A stretch of DNA of 62,984 nucleotides, the filler included, from Stramenopiles sp. TOSAG23-3 (lineage: Eukaryota): NCBI GenBank assembly GCA_900128585.1. It is 10 parts of 10 records of this genome, joined end to end, with 100 filler letters (N's around TTAATTAATTAA, not from the genome) between each part and the next. Parts side by side here need not be neighbours in the genome. Positions count along the whole stretch, not along the records: positions 32,478 to 43,185 come from LT642795.1; positions 43,286 to 53,991 come from LT642796.1; 8 more parts are not named here. The stretch is one strand, 5' to 3'. A program made the translations under genes and the position numbers. Below the pieces are notes generated by a model. That model was given only the letters and a program-made list of their open reading frames with translations, ran no database searches and had not been told where the DNA came from. Below are positions 38,772-50,634 of the stretch, one piece after another. The first letter of the stretch is position 1, and each line of letters begins with the position of its first letter.

Positions 38772-41700
38772 TCATGTGCTGCCAAACACATCCATAATGG
38801 AGTTGAAATCGTATTTCATGACACGGCGCCACCCACCGTCTCCTACCAAACATCGCTCTTGCAGGTCTGCCCTTTCTTCCCACTTCGGATAACACTGCTT
38901 GTCGGCACCAGAGTAATACTGCAAAGACACTATGCCTTCTTTCGGGATCCCTTCTTCTGCAATCCACCCGGTGGGGAGCTCCCAGCCGGCCTCGGGCTCT
39001 TCGAGTATCGCGCCAAACCTTACCTTCCAGTACAGCTCGTCTTGCCAATTCTCACCGGGTTCAACGATCGCCAGCTTCACCAGCATCTTGGCAATTTGTC
39101 GCATTTCGTACACTTCCAAGCGCAAGTAGTAGTAGCGATCTGGAAATGAAGGGTTGAACAGATTTAGCCAACCGATGCGGTCCCACAGCAAGTTTTCAAC
39201 ATCCGTGTCGAAACTGGCGAGCAAGGTGTGGAAACGTTCCAGGTCAACGATGCGGCTGAACAGTTTTTGGACGGTTTGAGCCCTCACTTCGGGATACTTT
39301 GCGGGGAGTAAATGCACCGCCATGGACAGCTCGCTGCACGTTATGTACATGAAACTCAACTTCTCGTGAAGCGGGTACAGGTACTTCAACCGGATCGACT
39401 CCATCTCCGCATTTCTCCGCTTCTGTTCCTCCGACAGCTCTTTCGCCTTGAACGCCAGCTCTTCTGGGGTTTCAACGTCATCATCAGCTGCAGTGCCGTC
39501 TCCACCCTCCTCCTCGTCCGTGTCTGAGTCCAACTTGTCGTTGACCGGGTCCTTGTAGTACCATAGTCGCATGGCAAGGTCTACCGCATCGTAAAGCCCC
39601 ATTTTTTCGGAGACCGTTAGGTCTTGGATCTTGCCGACCGCATCCTCGAGGTGATTTGTTAGCATGTCACACTCGTCCAAGTGAGGTTCAAATGCGGTTT
39701 CTAGGTAGGACGTGACAACGGAGGATTCGATCATCGTTGCGTCGCCGTCTGTATCTTCGCCGAACGGGGCATCACTGGTTTCAAAAGCCTTGAGCGTGAC
39801 CAGGAAAAACAAGTTGGCCTGTTCGCTCATGTTCGTCTTGATGCGCTCGTGCACGGAGTCGCCCACCCAACCCGTTAGCGTAGCAAACCACCGAATAAAC
39901 AGGTTCCCAGATTGGTACTTGACTACGAATTCCCTTAACGTTTTCACGTCCGGCGTGCCCAAATCATCCCTTTCTGCGGGCTCCAACATTTCAAAAAAAT
40001 CCGATGTTGCCCGTTTCAGGAGAATTTGTGGCCTTTCCGACTCGTCCAGCTGAATTGCTTCGTGGAACTCAGTTATCGTCATATCCTCGACTTCAGCAAG
40101 CGACACCGACAGTATCTTGTAGACTATAGATAAAACCTGGTGGACGGTTGGATCTGCTGCATTAATGCTGTGTCCAAGAAGTTTCTCCTTCTGCTCGGCA
40201 ACGTGTGCTGCGCGTCGACGGCCAATTTTACCGCGGATGATAGTCGCAATTTTTGTTGCCGCCCATTCCTCTTCCGTCATTATCCCTAAATCTCGCAATA
40301 GGTTGGTGAAATACTTGTGCCCAACGGCCCTGGTGCCAGCATGAACGCGACGCTGCGTTACGTAGTCAAATTCAATCATTCCCCTGTGGGGAATCTTGGT
40401 TTGAAACTTTCTTGCAAGGGTCCGTGGCGGTTCTATTGCCACCTCGTTGTACACGGCGTTTCTGAAGTTTTGCCAGTCCCCGTGCTGAGAGGTATCCCTA
40501 CGCTGAGACTTCATCATTGAATACTTAACATCGTGGGAATTTATTTCGAGTAACTTTTCTAAAATTACTCGATCGTACTTTTTTGCGAGATCAAGGGTGT
40601 AATGGTCGCCTGGGTTCTTTGGAATAAAGTAAAAATACTGCCCGATTTCTGCTTTCAAGGCAGCTAAGACGTGATCGTCCAAAGCTTCGTGAAATAGAAT
40701 CATGTTGTCGGGGTCAACTATGCGTTGCATCAGCTCTATTGCCGCGTGGATCCGGTTCTCTTCTTCTCTTTTCGAAATCCGATTTACCATGTAAATGACC
40801 TGCTCCGTCGTGAAGAACATGTCGACGCACGTCAACTCCATCATTGCCCTTCTGTACCTGGCCGTGGAGGACTCGTTCAAAATGACGGACAACAGGTTCT
40901 CTAACGCCCCCTGGCTCAGCGCGTTGTCCAGCGACGCTTTATGGGGCACTTGCTGTATTTCCAATTCTATGTACCCATGGGAGTAACCTTCCCACGGCGA
41001 CCCAGCGACACACAAAGTTCGCAGCCCCTCCGTGTCTACAGAATGGTCAATTGCGATTTCTCGTTTTGCGCCAGCATCTTCTCCATAGAACACGTTCGTA
41101 ATTGTTACGCCACGGTGCCGCTCTGCTTTTCGAATGATGTCTTTCAGTACGGCCCTATCATATGGACTCTCCGTCAAGTCAAGGCTGTAGTTTTTCTGCA
41201 TCTCATTCGGTTCGAAAATCGACATATCGTCAATGTCGATGTTGCACCCTTGCAAGCTGAGGGTAGTGTCTTCCTCCCCCCCGCCAAACAAACGAAGCAT
41301 AGCCCTTGCGCCTTTTTTGCCAATTGGGTTTTGGTCCAGGATCAAGAATGCTAGGTCCTCGTTTGTTTCTAATCCGTCTGCCAACACTATTGTAGCCTCC
41401 GGACCAATATTGTTCTGGGTTAAATCTAAAGACGTCAGTGTTTTATTGTGTTCAATCGAGGTTGCGATGAACTCAGTAGCCTTGTTGGCGAAACCGTTGA
41501 AACCAAGGTTTAACGTAGTAAGTGAAGCGTTTCTGCCGATTGCATGCGATATGGCTAGTGCGCCTTGGCCCCGGATATAGTTCCAATTCAAGTTTAAACA
41601 TTTAATGGCACTTGTTGACTCTATTATTCCCGCAATTGCAGTGGCCCCCCTCTCGCCAATTTTATTCTTTGAGAGGTCTATTTCCGAGATCGATCTATTG

Positions 41701-43025
41701 CTCTCCAGCGCGGTGCATAGCGCCAATGTTTCGCGGCAGGTAAAGTTTGTCGATTGCAACACCACCGTTGTCAACGCACTCGCAGTCTTCAAAAATTTTG
41801 AAAGCGCCAAAGCGCCTTGGTACCCTATCTTATTCTCGGACAGGTTCAGCAAACGAAGCCGATCGTTGGTCCCCAGGTTGTTCAGCATGGAGACGACACT
41901 TTTTGGGGTCACGCGGTTGTTTTGTATGTTCAGCTCCTCTAAATGATCTAGCTTTGAGATACTGTTCCCAAGCCGGTGGGAGCGAATGTCTCCGAGCCCA
42001 TAATAGGCCACGTTGAGCTTCTGCGGGGTCTGTGACTTTATCATTAGGGGTTCAGGGATTAGTTCTGGTTTGGGAATATGCCCCACGACGTCGTCGACGC
42101 GCTTGGTGGACGGGTCAATGTGCCGATGGAGTCTCGTTTCCACGTCCATCTTCTTTTCAAGCGTGCAGGGGTGCAACATATGGTACCTTGGCGTTCGCTC
42201 CGGATCTTTCTTGCCCACGACCCTCGACTCCGTGAGGTGAAGGTTCAGCAAATGCTTGTGGTCTACGGCGTCTTTGATTTGCGAGGAATGTGTAAACGGG
42301 TGATTGGGGTGTAGCTCCAGGAACTCTTCGATCAGAGGGTCCATGTCGTCCATTTCCATTTTCGCGGTTGAAGCTCCCGCGAGTTCTGGTAACTTAATTT
42401 TGTTCCTAACGTGAGAGCTTTCCAGGGACCTGACTTCGTTCTTCTGGTAAGTCGAAAACTGTTGGTAATGGTCAGTTTTTCGCTTCATATTTTCTGCCAG
42501 ATTCCTTTCCGCCACGGGAGATAATTTACCCCCATGTGGATGATGCCCCGTGCGGTGTTTGGCTGCCCTGGAGAGCCTCGCCATTTTTTCCAGCTGCTCG
42601 AGCTCCTTCTCTCTTACTATCTGAACTGCTCTATTGCAATAGTCAGCATGACTCTTTTTCGCGCCGTGAAATGGTTCCACCGTCCCGCTGGCAGATGATC
42701 CTTTTGACGGCAGCTTCAAAGGGCCCATCCATCTATCCCAAAAACTCCCGTCACCATCCCCAAAGTGAGACGCAGGGCCTGCTATTTTTCCTGGGTTCAA
42801 AAATTTTGTATTTATAGAATTCACGCTATCCTGCTTCTTCTTTGCGGCAAATTCTTTTTTTCTTGCTATGTTTTCAGCATTATTCTGAAATCGCTCGATA
42901 ACTGCCACGGGATCAGAATTGTCGTCGACTTTCCCGACAAAATCGTCCGTAGTGCGTTCGGGAAGGACAAACCTTTCGTCACCAGAATCTTCTTGTGCAT
43001 CGTTTGAGGCTTCCGAGTCGCTCAT
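38772..43025 (-). CDS. Large RNI/NLRC3-like leucine-rich repeat protein with IQ-like motif
   Basis: About nine 28-aa LxLxxNxIGxxGA repeats and a duplicated Y.LDL...YDR..L C-terminal module. Confidence 0.85.
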   Translation of the reverse strand: MSDSEASNDAQEDSGDERFVLPERTTDDFVGKVDDNSDPVAVIERFQNNAENIARKKEFAAKKKQDSVNSINTKFLNPGKIAGPASHFGDGDGSFWDRWMGPLKLPSKGSSASGTVEPFHGAKKSHADYCNRAVQIVREKELEQLEKMARLSRAAKHRTGHHPHGGKLSPVAERNLAENMKRKTDHYQQFSTYQKNEVRSLESSHVRNKIKLPELAGASTAKMEMDDMDPLIEEFLELHPNHPFTHSSQIKDAVDHKHLLNLHLTESRVVGKKDPERTPRYHMLHPCTLEKKMDVETRLHRHIDPSTKRVDDVVGHIPKPELIPEPLMIKSQTPQKLNVAYYGLGDIRSHRLGNSISKLDHLEELNIQNNRVTPKSVVSMLNNLGTNDRLRLLNLSENKIGYQGALALSKFLKTASALTTVVLQSTNFTCRETLALCTALESNRSISEIDLSKNKIGERGATAIAGIIESTSAIKCLNLNWNYIRGQGALAISHAIGRNASLTTLNLGFNGFANKATEFIATSIEHNKTLTSLDLTQNNIGPEATIVLADGLETNEDLAFLILDQNPIGKKGARAMLRLFGGGEEDTTLSLQGCNIDIDDMSIFEPNEMQKNYSLDLTESPYDRAVLKDIIRKAERHRGVTITNVFYGEDAGAKREIAIDHSVDTEGLRTLCVAGSPWEGYSHGYIELEIQQVPHKASLDNALSQGALENLLSVILNESSTARYRRAMMELTCVDMFFTTEQVIYMVNRISKREEENRIHAAIELMQRIVDPDNMILFHEALDDHVLAALKAEIGQYFYFIPKNPGDHYTLDLAKKYDRVILEKLLEINSHDVKYSMMKSQRRDTSQHGDWQNFRNAVYNEVAIEPPRTLARKFQTKIPHRGMIEFDYVTQRRVHAGTRAVGHKYFTNLLRDLGIMTEEEWAATKIATIIRGKIGRRRAAHVAEQKEKLLGHSINAADPTVHQVLSIVYKILSVSLAEVEDMTITEFHEAIQLDESERPQILLKRATSDFFEMLEPAERDDLGTPDVKTLREFVVKYQSGNLFIRWFATLTGWVGDSVHERIKTNMSEQANLFFLVTLKAFETSDAPFGEDTDGDATMIESSVVTSYLETAFEPHLDECDMLTNHLEDAVGKIQDLTVSEKMGLYDAVDLAMRLWYYKDPVNDKLDSDTDEEEGGDGTAADDDVETPEELAFKAKELSEEQKRRNAEMESIRLKYLYPLHEKLSFMYITCSELSMAVHLLPAKYPEVRAQTVQKLFSRIVDLERFHTLLASFDTDVENLLWDRIGWLNLFNPSFPDRYYYLRLEVYEMRQIAKMLVKLAIVEPGENWQDELYWKVRFGAILEEPEAGWELPTGWIAEEGIPKEGIVSLQYYSGADKQCYPKWEERADLQERCLVGDGGWRRVMKYDFNSIMDVFGST

Positions 43026-43285
43026 CTTTACCACCCACCACAGAGAATTGGCCAAAGAAACGTTTTGTTAAGAAGATAAATTCAATCTGGCGTTGCCCGA
43101 AAGTGCAACTGTTGTAACTTTTTGCGGGGGGTAAGGGTTATAAACGCACGGTCAACTTTGTGCCCTCCCCCCCCCCCACACACACNNNNNNNNNNNNNNN
43201 NNNNNNNNNNNNNNNNNNNNNNNNNNNNNTTAATTAATTAANNNNNNNNNNNNNNNNNNNNNNNNNNNNNNNNNNNNNNNNNNNN

Positions 43286-46200
43286 CCCGGTCACCATCGA
43301 TATTACAGAAGATACGCAACGGGAACCAGACCCTTATTCTGGAGAACAAATAGTATATTACAAAGCAAATGTGGTCGCGAAAGGTTTGGTACCAGGTGCC
43401 AAGTACGTCATGTTTCGATATAAGTCTTTGTCTGATGTCCCAACAGCCTTGAGCGAAGTGTCAGATAGCAGGCACATTTCATCTTTGTATTTCCGGCCGA
43501 ACGATGTCACGTGGGCTGTTCGCGAGGTTATCGCTTCAAACTGTACCGCCTACTTTCGTTGCATGTTGGCAAAAAATGGAGAAACGGAGCATTTTTCCCC
43601 AGTCCGGCCGTTTTCGCCATCTGCGTCACAAAACAATATAGGCAGCAATGCCGTCAGCGGCGCTATGTTTCCGAACCCCGATGGTTCGACGATTTGGTCG
43701 GCAACCGAAGACCTAGACCACTTTCAACAATCCAACGTCGTATCCATACGAGAGCTTCAGCCGAAAACGAAACTGCGAAATATAGAAGAAAAGAACGAAT
43801 TGCCCGTGTTTATGAGGAAGAGAAAGAAATCTTCTTCCGCCGCTAGGCGGAGTAAGAATGACCGGGATCCCCCAAACTACAACATTACGGTGCATATCGA
43901 AGGGTCTGAAGTCCAGATCAATTGCGGCGAAGGCAAGCAAACGTTAAAGTGGTTGGCCTTGGCTGCTGCGGGACGAGTTGCTAGATCTGCAAAAAGCAAA
44001 GGCAGAATTCGCATTCGGGAAAAGGTGGGGGCATGCTCGGAAATAAAATCCATCTTACCAAGCATGCTTAGTTCTTCGAAATGGGATTCCGAAGCAGACC
44101 TGCAGATGTTGAATATGCGCCCCAACACTGCGACGAGAAAGCATGGGGAAGACCAATCCGCCGAGTACAATGAGGTGGGCGCTACTTACTTCGTCCCTGG
44201 GCGAACCGACATATGGACCCCCGAAAAGCTTGCGCCCCAAGTAGCATTTTTGACCAAAGTGAAGCAAGTCTCTGCGCTGAAAGTAGCTGACAAAAAGCAA
44301 AAGGCTGCAAAGCTGATGATGAGCGCAATCAAAGTAAAGAAAAAAAGCGGTGGGAGTTCTGGTAGCGTTCCGTTTCCACTTGAAAATGGGAAACCGACGC
44401 AAAAAGTCTCAGGTGGGAAAACAAAGTCTATGGAAGATGGAGACACTAGAGAGTGGGACCACTCACGCCCTGGTTCGCGTGCAAGAACCAGGAGCAGAGG
44501 CTCATCGCGTTCCGGAAGGTCACGGCCCGGGTCAAAGTCTGCTAACAAACGGTCGCGCCCCGGCTCACGTTCCCAAAACCGGAGCCGCGTCTCTCGAGTT
44601 TCAAATACGTCGGGGGATATTCCATTATCCCCGTACGTTTTGGCCAATGGTGCTCACGCCAAAAAGAGTAGTGGCGCGTTGCACGTGTCGGAGGGGCACG
44701 ATGTAAAAGCATTTTTGAACCAAGCTTTTGCAACTACGCCAACAGATGGGGGTGCACGGAGGCTGGGGGCACTGCCGCCGTTTGGTTCGATAGGCCCATC
44801 CGGTTCCGTTCCCGGCGGGCATGAAACCAACCGATCAATATCCACCACATGGAGCAGCGAAGGAGTTGGTGGCGGCAAGCACAAGGTCAACCCCACGTCA
44901 AAAATTAAGGACGTGCTGAGGCACAACAGCCATATTTGGGCCGAATTGTTCGAAGGCAACGAGGGCCAGGTATCCACCTGGATGGACGACGCATTTTATC
45001 ACGGGAAAAACACTATCCGAAACGAAAAGATTATGAAAAAGGCACAGGCAATCAAAGTCAAAGAGCAGGCCTTCTGGGCGGTGATAGCGGCTAGAAAACG
45101 CGTTGACAAAGCCAAATATTACACGAGCACAACAGAATCGTTAATAAACGATGGGGTGGTAGAAATCGTCGATAAGATATCCCAAATAGCTGTTCACTTT
45201 GGGAAAATGTTAAAGCGATTCATGAAAAAATTTCTAAAGTTGACCCAGACAGAGACGGCCGACGTGCAAATAGCCGAGGCGGCCATGGTCACTCTCGGGC
45301 TTCTTCCCGACGCGATCGCTCACATGAAAGAAAACAAAAATATGGCAAACGCCATGAAAACCCTTCGCCTCGTGGAGCACTCCGTAGTTCAATCGGCAAA
45401 ACTTGTCAATATGAAAAAGAAGTTCAACGACCCTCCAACTCATACCTTGGACGAACTGTTGCAAGATTTGAAACCGTTGATAAAAAGCGTAACGAATTGC
45501 GACGAGGCAATTTTTCAGCCTGAGTCGGAGGAGCAAGCATGGAACGCTGCCAAAGAAGCGGACGAAACGGCCGAACGGGCTGCAACACTGATGACAAAAG
45601 TTCGACGGCGAGCGAGTACCTTTCAAGTTTGGATCGCGGATTGCGAGAAAAAGTTTTATGAGCTGAATGATGGGATTGAAGATTTTGTCGAGAGCGAGTG
45701 GGAGAAAGAAAAGGAACGGATGGGGGCGTTGACGTCATTCGACCATGACTGGGAGCGAACGAAAATTGACAGCATCGTTCCGCATCGTGAGGAATACTAC
45801 AAAATCCGAGACATTTGTCGCGATTACTATCACATACTGAAGGGCGTGTTTCAACACTTTTGCATCATCGGAAACTCTGCCAGCGCAGACGGTGATTACA
45901 CTATCAGTCTCTCCGAATTTATGATTTTTGCTAAAAAAATCAAAATTATCGATGGCACGCTCTTGCACGTCACGGACGTCCAACGTATATTTGTCCTCAC
46001 CAATGCCGGAAGACAAATAGAAAATAAAGGCGACGAAGAGTTCGAATGCCATGAATTTATGGAAGCGCTTATTCGCGTGGCGATCTTGCGCTACTCCACA
46101 GAGCACGGTGGGAATGTCGTCAAAGCCGTTGATTATCTATTCCATAAAAAGGTCGCGCACCTGTATTTTCACGCGATCTACGATCCTCACTTTCGTGAAC

Positions 46201-46736
46201 ACCTCGAAAACTACAGAGTGAAAAATGTATATAAACGGTACGATCACATCTTGGAAGATGTGTTTTACTTGGTCGGCATACCCCTTGGAGAATACGAAGA
46301 TACACTGGACATGACTGGCTTTTCAAAACTGATTTTCCAAGCGAAGTTGGTCGATGCCCTGTTAACTCGAATCGAAGTGAAAAAAGCGTTTGTCCAGTCT
46401 CAGATGAAGCCAATATCCCCTGACGCATGGATCGACGACGATGAAGTCGAAGATGTTGACACTGACGACGAGAAGGACGGCGAGCTTGGGCCCAACAAGG
46501 GTCAAGTCCGTGCAGAGGCGGAAGACTTGTCCTTACGACAAATGGATTACGATGAGTTCAAAGAGGCGTTGGGCCGTTGTGCAGTGTACAAGTGGGACGA
46601 CCAAAGCAAATATAACGACAAGACGTTAGATTGGAAGCTTGAGCAGATTCTAATCAATGTTGTAAAGTTGGATCCACTCGATTTGCAAGCCCGGCGAAGG
46701 AAAAATGCCAAGCTTGGACTTTCAGATGACGTATGA
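43286..46736 (+). CDS. Large uncharacterised protein, probably 5'-truncated, with SRPGSR repeats and C-terminal EF-hand-like region
   Basis: ORF >1100 aa beginning near the contig edge with a non-ATG start; ISLSEFM..K..KI, EFMEALIRVA, EFKEALGRCA. Confidence 0.75.
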
Positions 46737-47863
46737 TATCCTTAACATCTATTTTATTTATATCAAAATAAATACAATATGTTGTTTAAATTAAGGAAAT
46801 ATATTATATAAACACAGCAAAGAATATCAATCAAAATGGCTCGCTCATCCCGCCTACCAAGTGAATTTATTACTGTTGCCACTGGTGAGCGCTGTTGATT
46901 CCGCTTATTATTCATCTCAACACTGCTATTCTATTTATATTACATTGTATTACATTATAGTTTTTCATAACACTTCTTTTTATTATTCTTTCAATTTGTT
47001 TACAGTTAGATTTTTTTCTTTTTTTTTTTTTATTATTTTTTTATTTATTATTATAGTTTGTTTTCATACTGTATGCTATCTTCCTCTTTCATTTTATAAT
47101 TTAAACACAAATTTTATTAAAAAAAAATAATAAATAACGACAATTTACCTAAATACAATATATGCAATATAAAAGTACAAATATTTGTTATCTATTTTAT
47201 AAAATACCCTATTTGTTTTCTTTTATAGTTAATTACAAAGCGTTTTATTGCTTGCAAACACATTTTATATTAACTACTACCATTCCGGTGGTAAGCAAAC
47301 TAATCCTTCCATAGTCTAATAACATCATATAGCTATCTAATATGAAAAAATAATAAAAAAAGAAATAAAAATATTTTTAATTATTAAATTAAATAAAAAA
47401 TTTAAGTTGAAATAAGAAGAAGAAGAAGAAGAAGAAGAAAGAAGAAGAGGTGATGAAGAGGAGGAGAAGGAAGGTGAAGGTGGGTGGTCGTTTTGTAGTA
47501 TGCATTTCATTTTCATAAATATAGTGTGAATGTAGTGCGCGTCTATTGTCATTGTTAAACAAAAGAAGACGGAACCAACGGAATTGAAACGGACTTGTTT
47601 TTACTCGTCTTAAATCTGGTGGGTTTCTAATCTGATTTGTTTATCAGTTATTGGACTCTGCACGTTTCATATATACCAAGGAGAAGAACTAGAGTTGTAC
47701 CCGCGCTCTAGTCCACTGTGTCGCTGCTTCGGCCCGAGTACCCATAGACCATTGGACCGTTTTGTTTTGTTGCACGGAATATTCTGGACATAAATACTCT
47801 TCAAATTAGTTGAATTAGATAAGTGATACGGTGTTAGACGAACAAACAATATCTCAGATAAAG

Positions 47864-49612
47864 ATGGCTGAAGATAAAAGCAGTATAATCTCAGCACTCG
47901 TGTCCCAAATGAAGTCTGGGCAAATCTCGAAGAACGACCTGTTCGACCAGTTGTCGAACTTGCAACGTGGGAACCCCCCGGGTGGCGAGGACGAAAGCGA
48001 TACAAACGGCGACTTCGACGGGCGCGTAGAAGACAATGGTCCGGCGTACGACGACGAGCCGCCGCCGAAGAAGACGGTCAGCATGGCGGAGTTCATGGCC
48101 TCTCGAAACACCCCGCAGGCCGACCGCAAGGGCAGTCCCGCGGTTTCGGCGACCGCGTCCCGTGCCGAACGACGGGAGCTAGAAATTAAACAAAGGTCCA
48201 TGCAAGAGTTTACTTTTCAGCCCAGGATCACCGAACTCCCGAAAGGCTACTCGGCGTCCTCCACCAGTCCTAGGACGCAAGAGTTTCACGACCGCATGTC
48301 CAGGTGGAAAGACAAAAAGGAACAGCAGCTGCGCCGCGAGCGCGACCGAAAGGAACAGGAAAAGATGGACGACTGCACGTTCCGACCAAAAATCAACAAG
48401 ACGTCGCGGAGAACTGCCGCACTAGGCAGACGCGACTACAAGGACGTCGTAGACCGCCTTTACAATAACAAGAAAAAGTCTAAAGTGAACGAGGACGACA
48501 TTAGACAAAAGAGAGAGGAAGAATTTAGACGCACATGCACGTTCACCCCAAACCTTGGAAAGAAACAGCGTGGTAGTGGCAGAAGGAACTCATTTAGTAA
48601 CAACCGTCGCTCGTCCCAGGGCCGCTCGCGTCGCTCGGATTTCAAACCGACCGGGATGGAAGAATGCACGTTCAAGCCGAAGGTGAACAAAGTCCCCCGG
48701 AAGTTTGGTAGTGCCCAACTTTACTTGCAGAACAACGTGCACGACCGCTTGAGTACGCCGCGGGCGCCGAAGTCTGCGGAGAAGGAGAAGTTGGAGGGCT
48801 ACGTGTCTGATGAGGAACTGTCCTCCAAAACTAAGCCTGTGATGAACATGGACTCGTTCATGTCTTCCTTAAACGCAAGCACCGGCCGCGCGAGACCAAA
48901 CTCTGCCCGTCGGAGTCGGCCGGGGGACCGCACGTTGAACCAAGCCCAGTTCCAAAATTTTTTGGCAAGGCAGAACAAACGGGAGTCTCGCCGTGCGAAG
49001 AACATGGAACGGCTTCAACGCGAAGCGAAACCAACTCACCAGCCGCAGCTGTGCAAGAAGAGCATGAAGATCGCTTCCAAGACGTCCCACGGAGATTTCA
49101 TGGCGCGGTTGGCGAAGGACGCGCTGAAGAAGGAGCACGACATTCTTCGCAAAAAAGCGATGTTGGCGAAAGAGCCCGACTGCACGTTCACCCCTAATAT
49201 ATTGGCTAGCTCCAAAGCGAGGCGGTCGCGGAGTGTGACAGAGCTAAGCCGAGGCGATTCCCTAAAGAGGGAGACTGCGGCGAGATTGATGAAGTTAAAA
49301 GCGGAGCAAGACGAGCTGGAAGGCTTGACCTTCCAGCCCATGTTAAACCCAAGCAACGCCCAAGGTAGATTAAAAATATTGTCTAACCCCGATTCGTACC
49401 TTGAGCGAGTGCAGAAGCAACAGGAGATATTTAGTAACAAGCGTCGAAAGGCCGCGAAGGAACAAGAACGAAAGCAGTTTGCCGAGTGCACCTTTCACCC
49501 GAAAACGAACGATGCGCCTGCCTACATCAAACGCATTGCGAAGAGCATGGCGTTGGCCAGAAAAGCACGGCCAACACCAGAATCTCGAGCGGGAAAGCCC
49601 GATTGGAAGTAA
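47864..49612 (+). CDS. CTFxP-repeat basic coiled-coil protein (likely cytoskeletal/ciliary)
   Basis: Seven (C/F/L)TF.P repeats. Confidence 0.8.
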   Translation: MAEDKSSIISALVSQMKSGQISKNDLFDQLSNLQRGNPPGGEDESDTNGDFDGRVEDNGPAYDDEPPPKKTVSMAEFMASRNTPQADRKGSPAVSATASRAERRELEIKQRSMQEFTFQPRITELPKGYSASSTSPRTQEFHDRMSRWKDKKEQQLRRERDRKEQEKMDDCTFRPKINKTSRRTAALGRRDYKDVVDRLYNNKKKSKVNEDDIRQKREEEFRRTCTFTPNLGKKQRGSGRRNSFSNNRRSSQGRSRRSDFKPTGMEECTFKPKVNKVPRKFGSAQLYLQNNVHDRLSTPRAPKSAEKEKLEGYVSDEELSSKTKPVMNMDSFMSSLNASTGRARPNSARRSRPGDRTLNQAQFQNFLARQNKRESRRAKNMERLQREAKPTHQPQLCKKSMKIASKTSHGDFMARLAKDALKKEHDILRKKAMLAKEPDCTFTPNILASSKARRSRSVTELSRGDSLKRETAARLMKLKAEQDELEGLTFQPMLNPSNAQGRLKILSNPDSYLERVQKQQEIFSNKRRKAAKEQERKQFAECTFHPKTNDAPAYIKRIAKSMALARKARPTPESRAGKPDWK

Positions 49613-50196
49613 TCGCTTGTTCTGCTTTTGGGGTGTACGCTGTGATCCTCTCCCAAAAGATAGATGCGTAATGAATTAAGAAACCATCGTACATAACAAT
49701 TTTCAAACATAACTTCATTTTATTTTTATTAAAAAGTATACCATTTGGTAAAAATTCACACTCTAAATAATCACTTATGAACACAGCAAGGCTTTGGGCC
49801 AATTATATTATTTATGTACAGTTTGGACCTATCAAGTCGCCATCTTCACTATTGAGTATACTTGTATTGTTATAAGTATAGATATAATTTGTTTTTTTAA
49901 GTGTATAGAAAGAGTTGGATCGAGAAGAGGAACGGGCCGTATGCGAACCAAATGCACTTCTGGTGGGCATCGTCCGGGAACTATCGCAGAGATTTTCGAC
50001 GGACGAGGAAGGGGAGGGGGGGTGAAGCAGCTGGTGGTAGACAAGCAAGCCTGTACGTTTTAAAAGCTTTGTATAGTTAAGAGATATATAGTTTTACTCA
50101 CAACATGAACGTCTTCTGTCATCAAAAAATTCCTACACGGACTGCAAGATTTTGCTGCCCATACATACAGACCGACTTCTATTGCAAATGCACACT

Positions 50197-50634
50197 TTAA
50201 CTTCTTGGTTTTTCTTTCTTTTCCTTGTAGAGAGCCAACAATGAAACACCTGCTACTTTTGCTACTTTGAAACGAACTCCAGCAATATCACCCACAGAGT
50301 GACCACGACGACCGAAACCACTGATAAGAACTTCGTCATTTTCGTCAATGTAGTTCAAGCAACCGTCACGTGGTACGAAAGCTGCGATCTTCTTTCCATT
50401 CTTGATGAGTTGTACACGAACGCATTTACGGATGGCAGAGTTTGGCTGCTTGGCTTCAATGCCAATCTTTTCAAGAACAATACCTTTGGCCATAGAAGCT
50501 CCTCCCAATGGGTTGGCTTTCATGGCAGTCTTGGAGTTAGACTTGGTGTAACTTTTTAGCGCCCATCGGTTAATACGACGGTCGTTGCGCAATTTACGCG
50601 CGGCGTTGATACCAGCTGGTTTACCTTTACCCAT
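50197..50634 (-). CDS. RPS23: 40S ribosomal protein S23 (uS12)
   Basis: [23 protein letters not shown]. Confidence 0.98.
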   Translation of the reverse strand: MGKGKPAGINAARKLRNDRRINRWALKSYTKSNSKTAMKANPLGGASMAKGIVLEKIGIEAKQPNSAIRKCVRVQLIKNGKKIAAFVPRDGCLNYIDENDEVLISGFGRRGHSVGDIAGVRFKVAKVAGVSLLALYKEKKEKPRS

